Below are positions 10,274 through 20,094 of a stretch of 64,000 nucleotides of DNA, one piece after another. The stretch lies in NCBI GenBank assembly GCA_048884785.1, contig JBHLQM010000005.1:9272-73271 (forward strand). Reading direction: 5' to 3'. Made by a program: the position numbers and the translations under genes. Every line of letters begins with the position of its first letter. The first letter of the stretch is position 1. A model generated the notes under the pieces. The model made no database searches, was not told where the DNA came from, and worked only from the letters and a program-made list of their open reading frames with translations. The DNA comes from Candidatus Thorarchaeota archaeon (GTDB lineage Archaea; Asgardarchaeota; Thorarchaeia; Thorarchaeales; Thorarchaeaceae).

Positions 10274-10477
10274 ATGGGTGTTGTAAAAGTCATAGAGCTT
10301 ATTGGAGAGAGTCCAAATAGCTGGGAAGAGGCGACAAGAAACGCCTTGGATGTAGCGGCAAAAAGCGTTCGCGGAATAGTTGGAATCGATGTTGATCATT
10401 TTACCGCAAAAGTGGTGGAAAATAAGATTACAGCATTCAGAGCGAATATACGTGTCGCTTTCAAGTATGAGGGATAA
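10274..10477 (+). CDS. Dodecin family flavin-binding protein
   Basis: VKVIELIGESPNSWEEATRNA...A.KSVRGI, typical ~67 aa length. Confidence 0.9.
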   Translation: MGVVKVIELIGESPNSWEEATRNALDVAAKSVRGIVGIDVDHFTAKVVENKITAFRANIRVAFKYEG

Positions 10478-10499
10478 GGTTTTTCCTCAATGATAAATT

Positions 10500-10523
10500 G
10501 AGAGTGGATTTTTTTCCACTCTC
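10500..10523. terminator. 9-bp hairpin between convergent dodecin and CPBP genes
   Basis: GAGAGTGGA-TTTTTT-TCCACTCTC perfect inverted repeat. Confidence 0.55.
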
Positions 10524-10538
10524 GTAATTCTTTCCTGA

Positions 10539-11432
10539 TTAGAATCCTAGGAATGCGAAAACTACAACTGCTGCGTTATTGAATCCATGTGCAACAGTTG
10601 GACCCAAGATGGAATACTGTCGTCTTGCCGCAAGGTATCCCAGGAAAAGCCCAAGGACAAAACGAGCCGCGAATCCTAAAAGATCAAGATGCATGATAGA
10701 GAAAATGGCTGAGGTTATTACTAGAGCAATCATCTTGAAATTCGTTGAGCGGCTTCTGAAGAAAATCTCCATTCTTCTCTGTAGGAAACCACGGAAAAGG
10801 AGTTCTTCACTGAATCCTACTATCAAGAACATTACAACTATCCAGCCAATCAGCTCTAATACATCACTGCTTTGAAAGAGTACTACTGAGTCATCAATCT
10901 CTGCACCAGAACCAAGAGTAACAATCCATGTTATGATTATATTTGATATTAACATTAAAACTCCGAAGCCAAGACCTAGGGCGATGTCCTTTAATGCCTC
11001 AGAACGTGATGACGTAAATGCAACTGGTACACTACGGGGCATATCAGCTCCATCCCCAACACCTTGGATTCCAACTCTTTTAGCAAATCTTCGAGGAATC
11101 TTGATCCCAAGGGAATCCAATCCGAAACCATTTCTACGTGCATACCAAATGGGAGGAATGATGAAACCAAGCTCCGCAAAGGTCAGTAAGATGAGCACCC
11201 ATGGGGCAAATTCAATTTGCCCAGTAAAATAATTAACATCAATAAAACCGAAAAGAAGGAGAGGAAGCTCCAATGCAAATGTAATTCCGAAAGTCAGCGC
11301 GAATCCGACACCTGTTAGAAGCAGCACTCGAAATAGAACATCCCAGTTCACTTCACGCTCAATTACCTTTCCTGGTTCATAAATCTCAATGTCGTAGTAT
11401 TCATCCATATCGTGAAAGTCAGGGTCATCCAT
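10539..11432 (-). CDS. CPBP family intramembrane glutamic endopeptidase (CAAX protease/Abi)
   Basis: EELLFRG, FSIMH, AHGFNN motifs, multiple TM helices. Confidence 0.92.
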   Translation of the reverse strand: MDDPDFHDMDEYYDIEIYEPGKVIEREVNWDVLFRVLLLTGVGFALTFGITFALELPLLLFGFIDVNYFTGQIEFAPWVLILLTFAELGFIIPPIWYARRNGFGLDSLGIKIPRRFAKRVGIQGVGDGADMPRSVPVAFTSSRSEALKDIALGLGFGVLMLISNIIITWIVTLGSGAEIDDSVVLFQSSDVLELIGWIVVMFLIVGFSEELLFRGFLQRRMEIFFRSRSTNFKMIALVITSAIFSIMHLDLLGFAARFVLGLFLGYLAARRQYSILGPTVAHGFNNAAVVVFAFLGF

Positions 11433-11573
11433 AACCAAAAGGGGCAACCTCAAAAGACTTCTAGTGGAACAAGAGATAAGCGTTTAGATAGACGTTATTG
11501 CTGGTTCCACATATGCTTTATCAAGAGAATATATTTCCTTAACATCAGTACATTTACTCTCGAGGTTCTTTTG

Positions 11574-13580
11574 ATGGACGAGATCATTGATGAGAATGGG
11601 CCCAACCGTGGAAAGGCACTACTGGTCATATCAATGGTCATTGTTGCAACAACATTCGCATTCTTGATACTCCCGAGAGCATTTGGACCGCCAGAGCTCA
11701 CAGTAAGAGTGGGTGTAATAGATTCAGGGATGGATAAAGACAGCTTTCTTGTAGGGCACATTGTAGCCGAAGCTAGCTTCATCAATTCAACCTACGGATA
11801 TAGGAATATCGACAGCTCCACTGAAGACTCAAAACCTCACGGTACAAGTCATGGAAATTACGTTGCCAGAATTATTGTTGAAGAAGCTCCACATGCAGCT
11901 ATTATAAATGCCAAGGTTGTCAATTCTGCAAATAAGGCAACAGCTGCTGCAATTATTGCTGCAATTGAATGGGCTGTAATTGAACAAGAATGTGATGTAA
12001 TTAATCTAAGTCTTGGAGGGACACCAAGCAATCTGGACGGAATCCATCAAATTGTCAAATGGGCGTTCTCCCGGGGTGTAGTTATTGTTGCAGCTGCCGG
12101 CAACAATGCTCAGGGAGGAATTACTGGAAGTTCAATAGAATCTCCTGCAGTTTATAGCGAGGTTATTTCTGTTGGTGCTGTGGATGAATCCGAAAAACCG
12201 TATCCCTTCTCTGGAATTGGACCCTTAGTAAACCGAACCCTTAAGCCGGATATTTCCGCACCAGGTTATTTCCATGATACAAGTGTTTCATTATATGGAA
12301 CGAGCTTTGCAACGCCATATGTAACAGCAGGTGCAGCAGAACTAATCAACTACTGCAAAGAGAATGGATGGAAATGGACACCTGGAATGATCAAGGCAAC
12401 CATTTTGGAGAGTTCAAAGTATCTTGGTTATGAGCATTGGCAAGTTGGTGCAGGACTCCTTGATATTGATAGCGCGATAAAACTTATCAATAGTGCAGAG
12501 AAAATCGACAACTTGCCAATTGTTGTGTATATGACATCTGATTTGGGAGAATATGAATTCGAAAGGTGGTTTGCTAATACAACCGTTAGAATTAGAGCTA
12601 GCGTATTCAGTAGCAATAACGCAACATTCATAGTTAGAATCTCAGGAACTGCTCGTCCATGGATAAGTGCGCCTGATAGGATTACAATGAATCAGACCTA
12701 TGAAATTCCTATATCAATCAGATTAGAATCACTCATAACTTGGACGAGTCTTCAGGCTCAAATATCTCTCGAATCAAATGTATATAGATCAGTTTCCTCT
12801 AAATTGACTTTTGGCATGACTATACCATTACGCAAGGTGGCCTTCGACTTGTCACATACACCTTGGTGGATGGATTCCATATATGGGCAGTTCAGAGAAT
12901 TCTACTCGCGAGCAACGTCCCTAGGCATCTCAGTTGAAGAAATAAGGGATAGATCGGATGTAACATTTGAGAACCTCCGTTCATTTGATGCCATCATCAT
13001 TCTTGATCCATGTGCATGGGAATTTATCGAAATCGAAGAAAGAGCTGTGCCCTATCAGTCCATTAGGTATTCAGTGGAGGAGCTGGCTGCCTACAGTACA
13101 TATTGGAATAAGGGAGGCAATATCATGATAGCTGGGGGAAGTAATTTCACTATCGATGTTGAAGGGGCCAATCAGCTTCTCTCAATATTTAATATCACTC
13201 TCAATTTTGATAGTGTCCCTATGTCAACCTTCCTTGTGAATGGTGTAGCAAATTCAATCAAAGTCATTGATATTATAGAACATCCTATAACTGAGTTGGT
13301 TTCATCCTTTGATTATAATGGCGCAACATTATCGGTGACCAAGAATCAAACCATAGTTGCACAGGCCCTAACTGAATGGGTAGATACTGGAGGAGTAAGG
13401 CATTCTGCACTCAAGCCGGTACTTGTGGCAGCTGAAGGTCGAGCAGCAGCAAGGTTGGTTGTGACAGGAAGCAATTTTTTCATCGATAATTGGGGTTTAA
13501 ACGGTATTTATGGTTCCCACGATAATTCGCTCATGATGATCGGGTGCCTGTATTGGCTTACTCATGTGCCAGGATTCTAG
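11574..13580 (+). CDS. Membrane-anchored subtilisin-like S8 serine protease with C-terminal GATase-like/DUF4350-type domain
   Basis: N-terminal TM; triad VIDSG (D), HGNYVA (H), GTSFATP (S); AAGN oxyanion Asn; many NxS/T sequons. Start refined to an ATG with a GAGGT SD. Confidence 0.88.
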   Translation: MDEIIDENGPNRGKALLVISMVIVATTFAFLILPRAFGPPELTVRVGVIDSGMDKDSFLVGHIVAEASFINSTYGYRNIDSSTEDSKPHGTSHGNYVARIIVEEAPHAAIINAKVVNSANKATAAAIIAAIEWAVIEQECDVINLSLGGTPSNLDGIHQIVKWAFSRGVVIVAAAGNNAQGGITGSSIESPAVYSEVISVGAVDESEKPYPFSGIGPLVNRTLKPDISAPGYFHDTSVSLYGTSFATPYVTAGAAELINYCKENGWKWTPGMIKATILESSKYLGYEHWQVGAGLLDIDSAIKLINSAEKIDNLPIVVYMTSDLGEYEFERWFANTTVRIRASVFSSNNATFIVRISGTARPWISAPDRITMNQTYEIPISIRLESLITWTSLQAQISLESNVYRSVSSKLTFGMTIPLRKVAFDLSHTPWWMDSIYGQFREFYSRATSLGISVEEIRDRSDVTFENLRSFDAIIILDPCAWEFIEIEERAVPYQSIRYSVEELAAYSTYWNKGGNIMIAGGSNFTIDVEGANQLLSIFNITLNFDSVPMSTFLVNGVANSIKVIDIIEHPITELVSSFDYNGATLSVTKNQTIVAQALTEWVDTGGVRHSALKPVLVAAEGRAAARLVVTGSNFFIDNWGLNGIYGSHDNSLMMIGCLYWLTHVPGF

Positions 13581-13960
13581 AGCAGAGGGGCTATCTTCTC
13601 AGTTGCTGTCTTTGCAGCATAGACAAGAAGACCGGTTTTCATGTCTTTTCTTGCAGCTAAAACAAGTATCGCCTTCTCACCTGCTCCTTTCATAATTATG
13701 AGACCCTGCTCGTTGGTAATTAGGATTTCCTCGAGAGCACCCTGCTCTAATCTTTCGGCTGCCAAGTCAGCAACACCAAGAATGGAAGCAGACATAGCTG
13801 CTATTTCGGCCTCTTCCAGGCCTTGAGGAACAGCCGATGAGATTGGAAGACCTTCCTTTGATAATAGAAGCCATGCACGAACACCGGTCGCTAGAGCAAG
13901 GGCTTCCTCCATTATCTCTCTGAATTTCCCTTGTAGCTCTTCAAAGCTCGGATCGAACAT
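13577..13960 (-). CDS. Roadblock/LC7 (MglB-like) protein
   Basis: LLSKEGLPISS...IAAMSASIL..A....L.QG.LEEILI....G; GAGGTGA SD before MFDPS. Confidence 0.92.
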   Translation of the reverse strand: MFDPSFEELQGKFREIMEEALALATGVRAWLLLSKEGLPISSAVPQGLEEAEIAAMSASILGVADLAAERLEQGALEEILITNEQGLIIMKGAGEKAILVLAARKDMKTGLLVYAAKTATEKIAPLL

Positions 13961-14101
13961 TTTCACCTCACTTCCGGTGCAAGCATGCCTATACCTTTCA
14001 TGCAATTGCGCATTAATAAAGTTTGGTTGAACATTCGGAATTATTAAGGGTGAAGTATGCATTCTTTTTGAAATAGAGTAAGATGTAGAAAGTGTCAGCC
14101 G

Positions 14102-14737
14102 ATGAATTCAGTTTACAAGTTACCACAAGATGCAAACGGGGAGCATCATATACATTGGAAAACAGGAATCAGAGTACTCGCCATTTCGGAAAGTTTTCGG
14201 AAAGGAGATACCTATAGCTACGTTGCAGGCGTAGTTATGCGCGGTGACCTTCGGATAGATGGTTTTTCTTTTTGCAGACCAACTGTAGGAGGCAGTGATG
14301 CGACAGAAAAGGTACTCGGCTTGTATCGGACATTGAATCGCCAAGACCTCAGAGCATGGTTGTTGGGTGGAAGTATAATATCTTGGTTCAATACGATAGA
14401 CATTCATCAGCTATTAAGGGAAACAAAATTGCCAGTTGTTTGTGTTTCCTATTGGCCTTCAGAGGGTCTTGAGAAGTATGTTAGAGAGTATTTCCCTCAG
14501 GATTGGCAGAACAGAATGAAGACAATTGAATCTGTGGGAGAGAGAGAAGAGATTATTCTATCAGAAAGATTCAAAGTTTTCATCACCAGGGCTGGCATGG
14601 ATTTGCATTCAGCAAGGTCCCTCGTAAATCATTTCACACGTGATGGTAGAATTCCAGAACCAATTAGAGTTGCAAGACAGCTTGCGGCAAGTATCAGAAA
14701 ATTCCACCTGCAAAGTGAAAACTCTCGCGTCTTATAG
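14102..14737 (+). CDS. DUF99/UPF0215 family protein (endonuclease V-like fold)
   Basis: RVLAISESF, GVVMRGD..IDG, VGGSDAT, WFN.ID, IPEPIRVA. Confidence 0.85.
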   Translation: MNSVYKLPQDANGEHHIHWKTGIRVLAISESFRKGDTYSYVAGVVMRGDLRIDGFSFCRPTVGGSDATEKVLGLYRTLNRQDLRAWLLGGSIISWFNTIDIHQLLRETKLPVVCVSYWPSEGLEKYVREYFPQDWQNRMKTIESVGEREEIILSERFKVFITRAGMDLHSARSLVNHFTRDGRIPEPIRVARQLAASIRKFHLQSENSRVL

Positions 14738-15340
14738 CCTTTTCAAATTGGCTTCATGTTCAGCGGAAAGAAAATCGAAGATTTCATTGGCTAGGGGTAG
14801 ATTCAAAGAATTGAGTTTGTCTTGACCCGATCTAAAGAACTGTGCCAGAATGGAGGGCTTCACTCCATTCCTCTCAAGTAGAATTGCGTGAAATAGCATA
14901 TCTAACACATCTGATCCTTGGACGATCTTGCTTTCAAGCGATACAGATTCAGAAAATTCCTGCAATAAACTTACAGATTCCTGACGGAATTCATTTAATC
15001 GGGAGAATATTGCCTTCAATGCAGCTAGCTCAGCATTCCTCTTTCCGATACGAAACTGATCTCCTCCAAGTTCAGTTGCAGTTAGAGGGACATCAGATAT
15101 TTTGGATTCGGCCAAATCATGTATAATAGCCATTGCAAGTGCCTTTTCCAAATCCAGCTTTTCGCCAGAGGATATTAGGCTCTTTGATATAAGCAGTGTA
15201 AGGAATGTTGTTCCCCAAGTATGTTCGGCTACAGATTCATCTCGACCTAGCCGAACCCCTGCAATGCTCCATCCTGTTCTCAACATCCTCTTTGTGGACG
15301 TGGCATGAATAAATGTTTCAATAATGTTTTCTGCATTCAT
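14732..15340 (-). CDS. HD-domain 5'-deoxynucleotidase (YfbR/HDDC2-like)
   Basis: RTGW...G...ESVAEH, IHDLAES..SD, SDVLDM. Confidence 0.88.
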   Translation of the reverse strand: MNAENIIETFIHATSTKRMLRTGWSIAGVRLGRDESVAEHTWGTTFLTLLISKSLISSGEKLDLEKALAMAIIHDLAESKISDVPLTATELGGDQFRIGKRNAELAALKAIFSRLNEFRQESVSLLQEFSESVSLESKIVQGSDVLDMLFHAILLERNGVKPSILAQFFRSGQDKLNSLNLPLANEIFDFLSAEHEANLKRL

Positions 15341-15363
15341 TGTAGCTTCACCGCAGACCAATA

Positions 15364-15383
15364 GAGGGGGTGTCATCCCCCTC
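15364..15383. terminator. GC-rich hairpin downstream of the BMP gene
   Basis: GAGGGGG-TGTCAT-CCCCCTC. Confidence 0.45.
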
Positions 15384-15395
15384 AATCTGTTAAAG

Positions 15396-16529
15396 CTATG
15401 GAGGAACTGGAGAATCTATTGTAATTACACCAGGGTTGGTTCGAATCCATTCCCTATAGTAATCTAGAGCTTCATAGAGTTCAGCCGGCAAGTAAGTCGA
15501 ACTATATGGGAAATCAGTTATATTAACTCCACCATTAGTCAGGTCATACTCAAGAACCTCATTTGCGGGAAATACGTTCCATAGTGTCTTGTTGATTATA
15601 TCGTAAATTGCTTCAGCAGTGCCTGACAGAACACTTGTTGTAATCCAACTTGGAGCAACAGGAATGTCTGGATTATTTGTTCCAAAATAGTCCTGATTTC
15701 CTTCTGCAGCAATAACTAGGGGCATTCTCCCTGCAACTAGTTGACTCGGTGGGAATGAGTCTGCTGCTCTAAGCATACCCTCTCTCACTCCAGGCATACT
15801 GGCTCGAACTGGGGCGAATATCACCGATATGCCATGTATTGCAAACATAGTATATGTCTGAAGTTCTGCATTGATGGTATTGTTCCAGCTGTTTATGTAG
15901 TTGATTTCTGTCAAAGTCACATTCAAATTATAAGTCGAATTCGCAGCCTCTACGCCCTGAATAAATCCGTTAATCAATGGTAGGAGCTCTGTATCGCCTT
16001 CTACAGCTGCTAAGATACCAATCTCACCATCAAATGGCTCGTCTCCATAGTAAGGCATCTCATGTGCCATAAAAGCCGCAACAACTCCACCCAAGAAAGC
16101 ACTCTCTTCTACGGCATAGATAGCTGATGCAACATTATCAAGTGCAACATCTGCTCCAATCATTCCGAACTTTTGGTTGGGAAAGCTAGTTGCAACCGTC
16201 TGCACAGCTGGAGCAAGATCGGCTCCAATAGCTAGAATAAGGTCGTATAAACCTGTAGTTGCAAGTGATTCCATTATTGACCGAGCTTCAGGTACACTTG
16301 TTGGCAATTGAGGTGGAATATAGTACTGTACAGAAACGTCTCCGGCTAGTTGCTCCATGCCTTCAAGGGCAGTATCGGCTTTGCTCATATCGCCGAAGCC
16401 TGGCTCCATGACTACCACGGCAATTCTTGAAGGTTCATATGGATTGGCGATTAAAATCATGGCACCAACACTTCCGAAAACAATAGCAATAATTATGATA
16501 GATATTATCATGTGGGACCTTGAGCTCAA
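15396..16529 (-). CDS. BMP/PnrA family substrate-binding protein with N-terminal TM anchor
   Basis: GFGDMS...ALEG, YDLILAIG, FPNQKF, EESAFLGG.VAA, GF.QGV, QDY, TTSVL. Confidence 0.82.
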   Translation of the reverse strand: MSSRSHMIISIIIIAIVFGSVGAMILIANPYEPSRIAVVVMEPGFGDMSKADTALEGMEQLAGDVSVQYYIPPQLPTSVPEARSIMESLATTGLYDLILAIGADLAPAVQTVATSFPNQKFGMIGADVALDNVASAIYAVEESAFLGGVVAAFMAHEMPYYGDEPFDGEIGILAAVEGDTELLPLINGFIQGVEAANSTYNLNVTLTEINYINSWNNTINAELQTYTMFAIHGISVIFAPVRASMPGVREGMLRAADSFPPSQLVAGRMPLVIAAEGNQDYFGTNNPDIPVAPSWITTSVLSGTAEAIYDIINKTLWNVFPANEVLEYDLTNGGVNITDFPYSSTYLPAELYEALDYYREWIRTNPGVITIDSPVPP

Positions 16530-16699
16530 GATGCTTCCTCCAAGGTAATTGAGCCCTCCTCGAAACGGGTGTGATTTAAACTTGTCGACCTTGGTATCCT
16601 ATATGGAAAAGCAAAAACCATAGGTCTAATTAGGTGAGAGAGTGACGTATAAATAAGACGAATGTCATTGGAATGATAGCTTCGAAGCAGGTTAGGACT

Positions 16700-17416
16700 A
16701 TGCCAGGCAGTGTTTTAGCAGAAGTAGCAACCCTCCTAGAGGAGGCTCTAAAGCTCCATAAAGCAATACGAGGTGTGGTTCTCTGCACAAAAGAGGGGGT
16801 AGTTGTTGCATCTGTTTCCAAGGATGATGAAATTAACCCAACACTACTATCTACAGTTTCTGCGGCATTGGTATGGGCAGGAAATACAACTCTCAATTTG
16901 ATAAGTGGATCTAGGCCTTCATATCTCATTCAAACAACACCAGTTATTAGAATTCTAACCTTATTACAGCAGCACTTTCAAATCGTTGTCGTTCTTTCAA
17001 GAGCAGATGATTCTGAGCTTATTATTGAGGAGTTGCTTCCAACACTCCAATCATTAGGAACTCGTATTGAAATATTGATGAGTTCGAGAAAAGGATTCGA
17101 AACAAGTACAATTCTTGGCCGTATTGTTGAAGCAATGCCTGATGTCACACAAGCAATGGTTTTAACAGCAGAAGGATTGCCCATCGGTTCTGTAGGGTTT
17201 CAGAATGACATTGAAATTGCTGCACTTGTTGGATCGATATTTGCCAATGGCATGACATTTTCTGACCTCACTGATACGATCTTCATCAGTTCGGAGGAAA
17301 TTAATGTGGTAGTTCAGAAAATAGATGATCAGCGCCTCTTGGCGGTTGTATGTAAAGGAGACAGTTCAGAGGGTATAAGTGAAAGAATTAAAGAAATCAC
17401 TGAAATTGGAACCTAG
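16700..17416 (+). CDS. Tandem (two-domain) roadblock/LC7 protein
   Basis: Two repeats: IRGVVLCTKEGVVVAS...LLSTVSAAL and VTQAMVLTAEGLPIGS...IAALVGSI. Confidence 0.75.
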   Translation: MPGSVLAEVATLLEEALKLHKAIRGVVLCTKEGVVVASVSKDDEINPTLLSTVSAALVWAGNTTLNLISGSRPSYLIQTTPVIRILTLLQQHFQIVVVLSRADDSELIIEELLPTLQSLGTRIEILMSSRKGFETSTILGRIVEAMPDVTQAMVLTAEGLPIGSVGFQNDIEIAALVGSIFANGMTFSDLTDTIFISSEEINVVVQKIDDQRLLAVVCKGDSSEGISERIKEITEIGT

Positions 17417-17418
17417 TT

Positions 17419-18096
17419 TTACTCATCAAGCATATCGTCCTCTTCTTCAGTAAAATCAAATTGCCACTCTCTTAGATTGATTCTGATATAGCAATCCTTT
17501 CCTTTTTCTGGACAATCTATACGAATGAGAACTTGTTCAGGAGATGATTCCTTAATCTGCGGATTTAGGCACCCATCTTCCAACTTCTCCATTAGAAACA
17601 AAACGTACGTTTCTGTAATCGTATTTAGAGAACCCTCCATTAGCGCATTTCCTAGATCAGCAAGATAATGTTTCTTCTTGCGACCCGCCCTCTCAACACG
17701 AATCAGGCCAACTTCTTCCATTCTGGATATATGCCATCTCACGGTATCGTGGTGGACGCCTAAACTCTCAGCCATTTGCTCTTGATAGCATCCGGGATTA
17801 TTCACTACAAAGGCAAAGACTTTCCTAGCAGTTTCGCTCCGCATGGTCAAGAATGCCATCTCAGCTTCTCTTGATCTCAGCATTCTAGGATAGTACAGGC
17901 GCTTTCCTGCAAATTTGATTGATTTAACGAGCCCCTCTCGTTCAAGAATTCTCAGGTGCCAAGTGAGGGTGCCTAGTGGACTCTCAAGCAGATCCACGAG
18001 CTCGAGCAAGTATGTACCAGGATTCTCGCAGAGGATCTGATAAAGGTCTCTTCTAAACGGATGCAGCAGCAATGTCAATCGTTTCTGCTTACCCAT
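17419..18096 (-). CDS. Tandem winged-HTH (ArsR-like) transcriptional regulator
   Basis: Two repeats of NPG...EL...L....TL.WHL..LE..GL (ENPGTY/NNPGCY). Confidence 0.85.
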   Translation of the reverse strand: MGKQKRLTLLLHPFRRDLYQILCENPGTYLLELVDLLESPLGTLTWHLRILEREGLVKSIKFAGKRLYYPRMLRSREAEMAFLTMRSETARKVFAFVVNNPGCYQEQMAESLGVHHDTVRWHISRMEEVGLIRVERAGRKKKHYLADLGNALMEGSLNTITETYVLFLMEKLEDGCLNPQIKESSPEQVLIRIDCPEKGKDCYIRINLREWQFDFTEEEDDMLDE

Positions 18097-18258
18097 TTTG
18101 AAATCCTCTCTCTTCCTCATCAAATTATACAAAGCGGTGATAAAAGCACTACGGAAGAGCACGAAACATAAGTCTTTTCTAACAATGTCTAGAGACAGAA
18201 TTCTTATTACCATTGAATTGCGGCAAAAGCGTCAGAGGAAAACTGGTGAGGTGTTTTT

Positions 18259-20091
18259 GTGTGCGGCATTACCGGAATTGTCAGCGAATCGAGGAGTGAC
18301 ATTGGACGAATATTAGTCGAATGTAGTAGAAAGCTTACATATCGTGGATATGACTCAGTGGGAATTGCCGCAGTAAATGCAGGGCGAGTTGACTTGAGAA
18401 AGGATGTCGGGACGATAGATGTCGTAGATAGAGAACTTGGCCTTTCCATGATGGAGGGCGATAGAGGAATTGCCCAGCTTCGTTGGGCAACTTATGGTGC
18501 ACCGACACGCGTTAATGCGCAGCCGCACTTTGGATGTAAGCCGGTCTTTTATGGCGCACACAATGGCAATCTTCACAATTACTATGAATACAGGCAGGAG
18601 CTAATCGAAACCGGTCACAATGTAAGATCTGAAAACGATGGTGAACTTTGTGTTCATGCAGTTGACAAGTACTACGAATCAACTGGAGATATGTTTGAGG
18701 CAGTGAGATTTTCAACAAAGGATCTCAAGGGTGCATTTGCTTATGCAGTTGGCCGGGCTGATGAAGACAAGATATATGCCGTTAAGATGGGGTCTTCCCT
18801 CGTTGCTGGAGTAGCGGAGAGTGATACAATCGTATCGAGCGACCTCCCTTCGATTCTGCCATTAACAAACAACGTGATTTACCTGCAAGATGGAGAGATG
18901 GCAGTACTTACGCCCGATGATGTAAGAGTCTATAGAGTTGAGGATGGCAAACATCTTCATCGCGTTCCTGAAATCACCGATGTAGATGCCAGAGCTGCCG
19001 AGAAGGGCGGCTATCCACATTTCATGTTGAAAGAGATTCACGAACAGCCGCAAATAGCCAAGGATGTTATTGGACTATTAAGCAAAGCCAAATCTGAGAA
19101 ATGGCTGAAAATGATCGAAGATGCGTCCAAGAGATATCTTGTTGCCTGTGGCTCTTCCTATAATGCAGGAATTCTAGGAACATACTACTTCAATCGACTT
19201 GCAGGTATCCCCTTAATACCAGCAATTGGTGGGCAGTTTGAGCCCATGTATGGACGAACTTTGGATGAAAACAGTCTGTGCATGCTGATCTCACAGAGTG
19301 GAGAAACAAAGGATATCCTTAATGTCCTGAATTTGGTGAGAAACAACAACTTAGGCAAAACTCTGGGAATACTGAATGTTATTGGCAGCACATTGATGTT
19401 CAATGCTGATTCATACATTCCAATGGCTTGTGGATATGAGGTCAGTGTTCCTGCAACAAAGACCTATTTCTCACAAACAATAATTTTCGCATATCTTGCA
19501 GCGAAATTGGGAGAGAGGAGCGGGCATCTTGATGAGAGTGAAGCCAAAGGCTTCATTACTCAACTGCATAATGACCTCCCTTTGCTGATTGACCAGACAA
19601 TAGGTCGAACAGGGATCCTGGCGAAAGATCTCGCCAAATCTCTTGTAAATGTTCCCGATCTCTATTGCCTAGGCTATGGGCTAACTGATGGTGTTGCACG
19701 TGAAGGCGCCCTTAAAATAAAGGAAATTTGCTACAATCACTGCGAAGGGATGTATAGCTCAGAGTTCAAACATGGCCCTCTTAGCATTGTAACTAATGGG
19801 TACCCTGTTGTTTTCGTAACAACCACGGAAGACTCCTGGATGATTATTAATCATATTAACGAAGTGATTTGCAGAGGAGGAAGAACAATAATTGTTGGTG
19901 AGCATGAGGAGAAGCTTGAGCCCTATGTACAAACCCCCACTGATTACATGGTTGTGCCAAAATCCAATCCGCTGCTGAATGCGATGCTAGATGTTATTCC
20001 ATTGCAGCTACTAAGCTATTATCTTTCCATTAGTAAGGGAATTGATCCGGATTTGCCCCGGAATCTATCAAAAACACTAACTGTCGACTAG
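18259..20091 (+). CDS. glmS: Glutamine--fructose-6-phosphate transaminase (isomerizing)
   Basis: N-terminal CGI, YRGYDS, RWAT, HNG, MLKEIHEQP, SQSGET, EGALK.KE, FKHGP, PRNLSKTLTVD. Confidence 0.96.
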   Translation: MCGITGIVSESRSDIGRILVECSRKLTYRGYDSVGIAAVNAGRVDLRKDVGTIDVVDRELGLSMMEGDRGIAQLRWATYGAPTRVNAQPHFGCKPVFYGAHNGNLHNYYEYRQELIETGHNVRSENDGELCVHAVDKYYESTGDMFEAVRFSTKDLKGAFAYAVGRADEDKIYAVKMGSSLVAGVAESDTIVSSDLPSILPLTNNVIYLQDGEMAVLTPDDVRVYRVEDGKHLHRVPEITDVDARAAEKGGYPHFMLKEIHEQPQIAKDVIGLLSKAKSEKWLKMIEDASKRYLVACGSSYNAGILGTYYFNRLAGIPLIPAIGGQFEPMYGRTLDENSLCMLISQSGETKDILNVLNLVRNNNLGKTLGILNVIGSTLMFNADSYIPMACGYEVSVPATKTYFSQTIIFAYLAAKLGERSGHLDESEAKGFITQLHNDLPLLIDQTIGRTGILAKDLAKSLVNVPDLYCLGYGLTDGVAREGALKIKEICYNHCEGMYSSEFKHGPLSIVTNGYPVVFVTTTEDSWMIINHINEVICRGGRTIIVGEHEEKLEPYVQTPTDYMVVPKSNPLLNAMLDVIPLQLLSYYLSISKGIDPDLPRNLSKTLTVD

Positions 20092-20094
20092 ATT

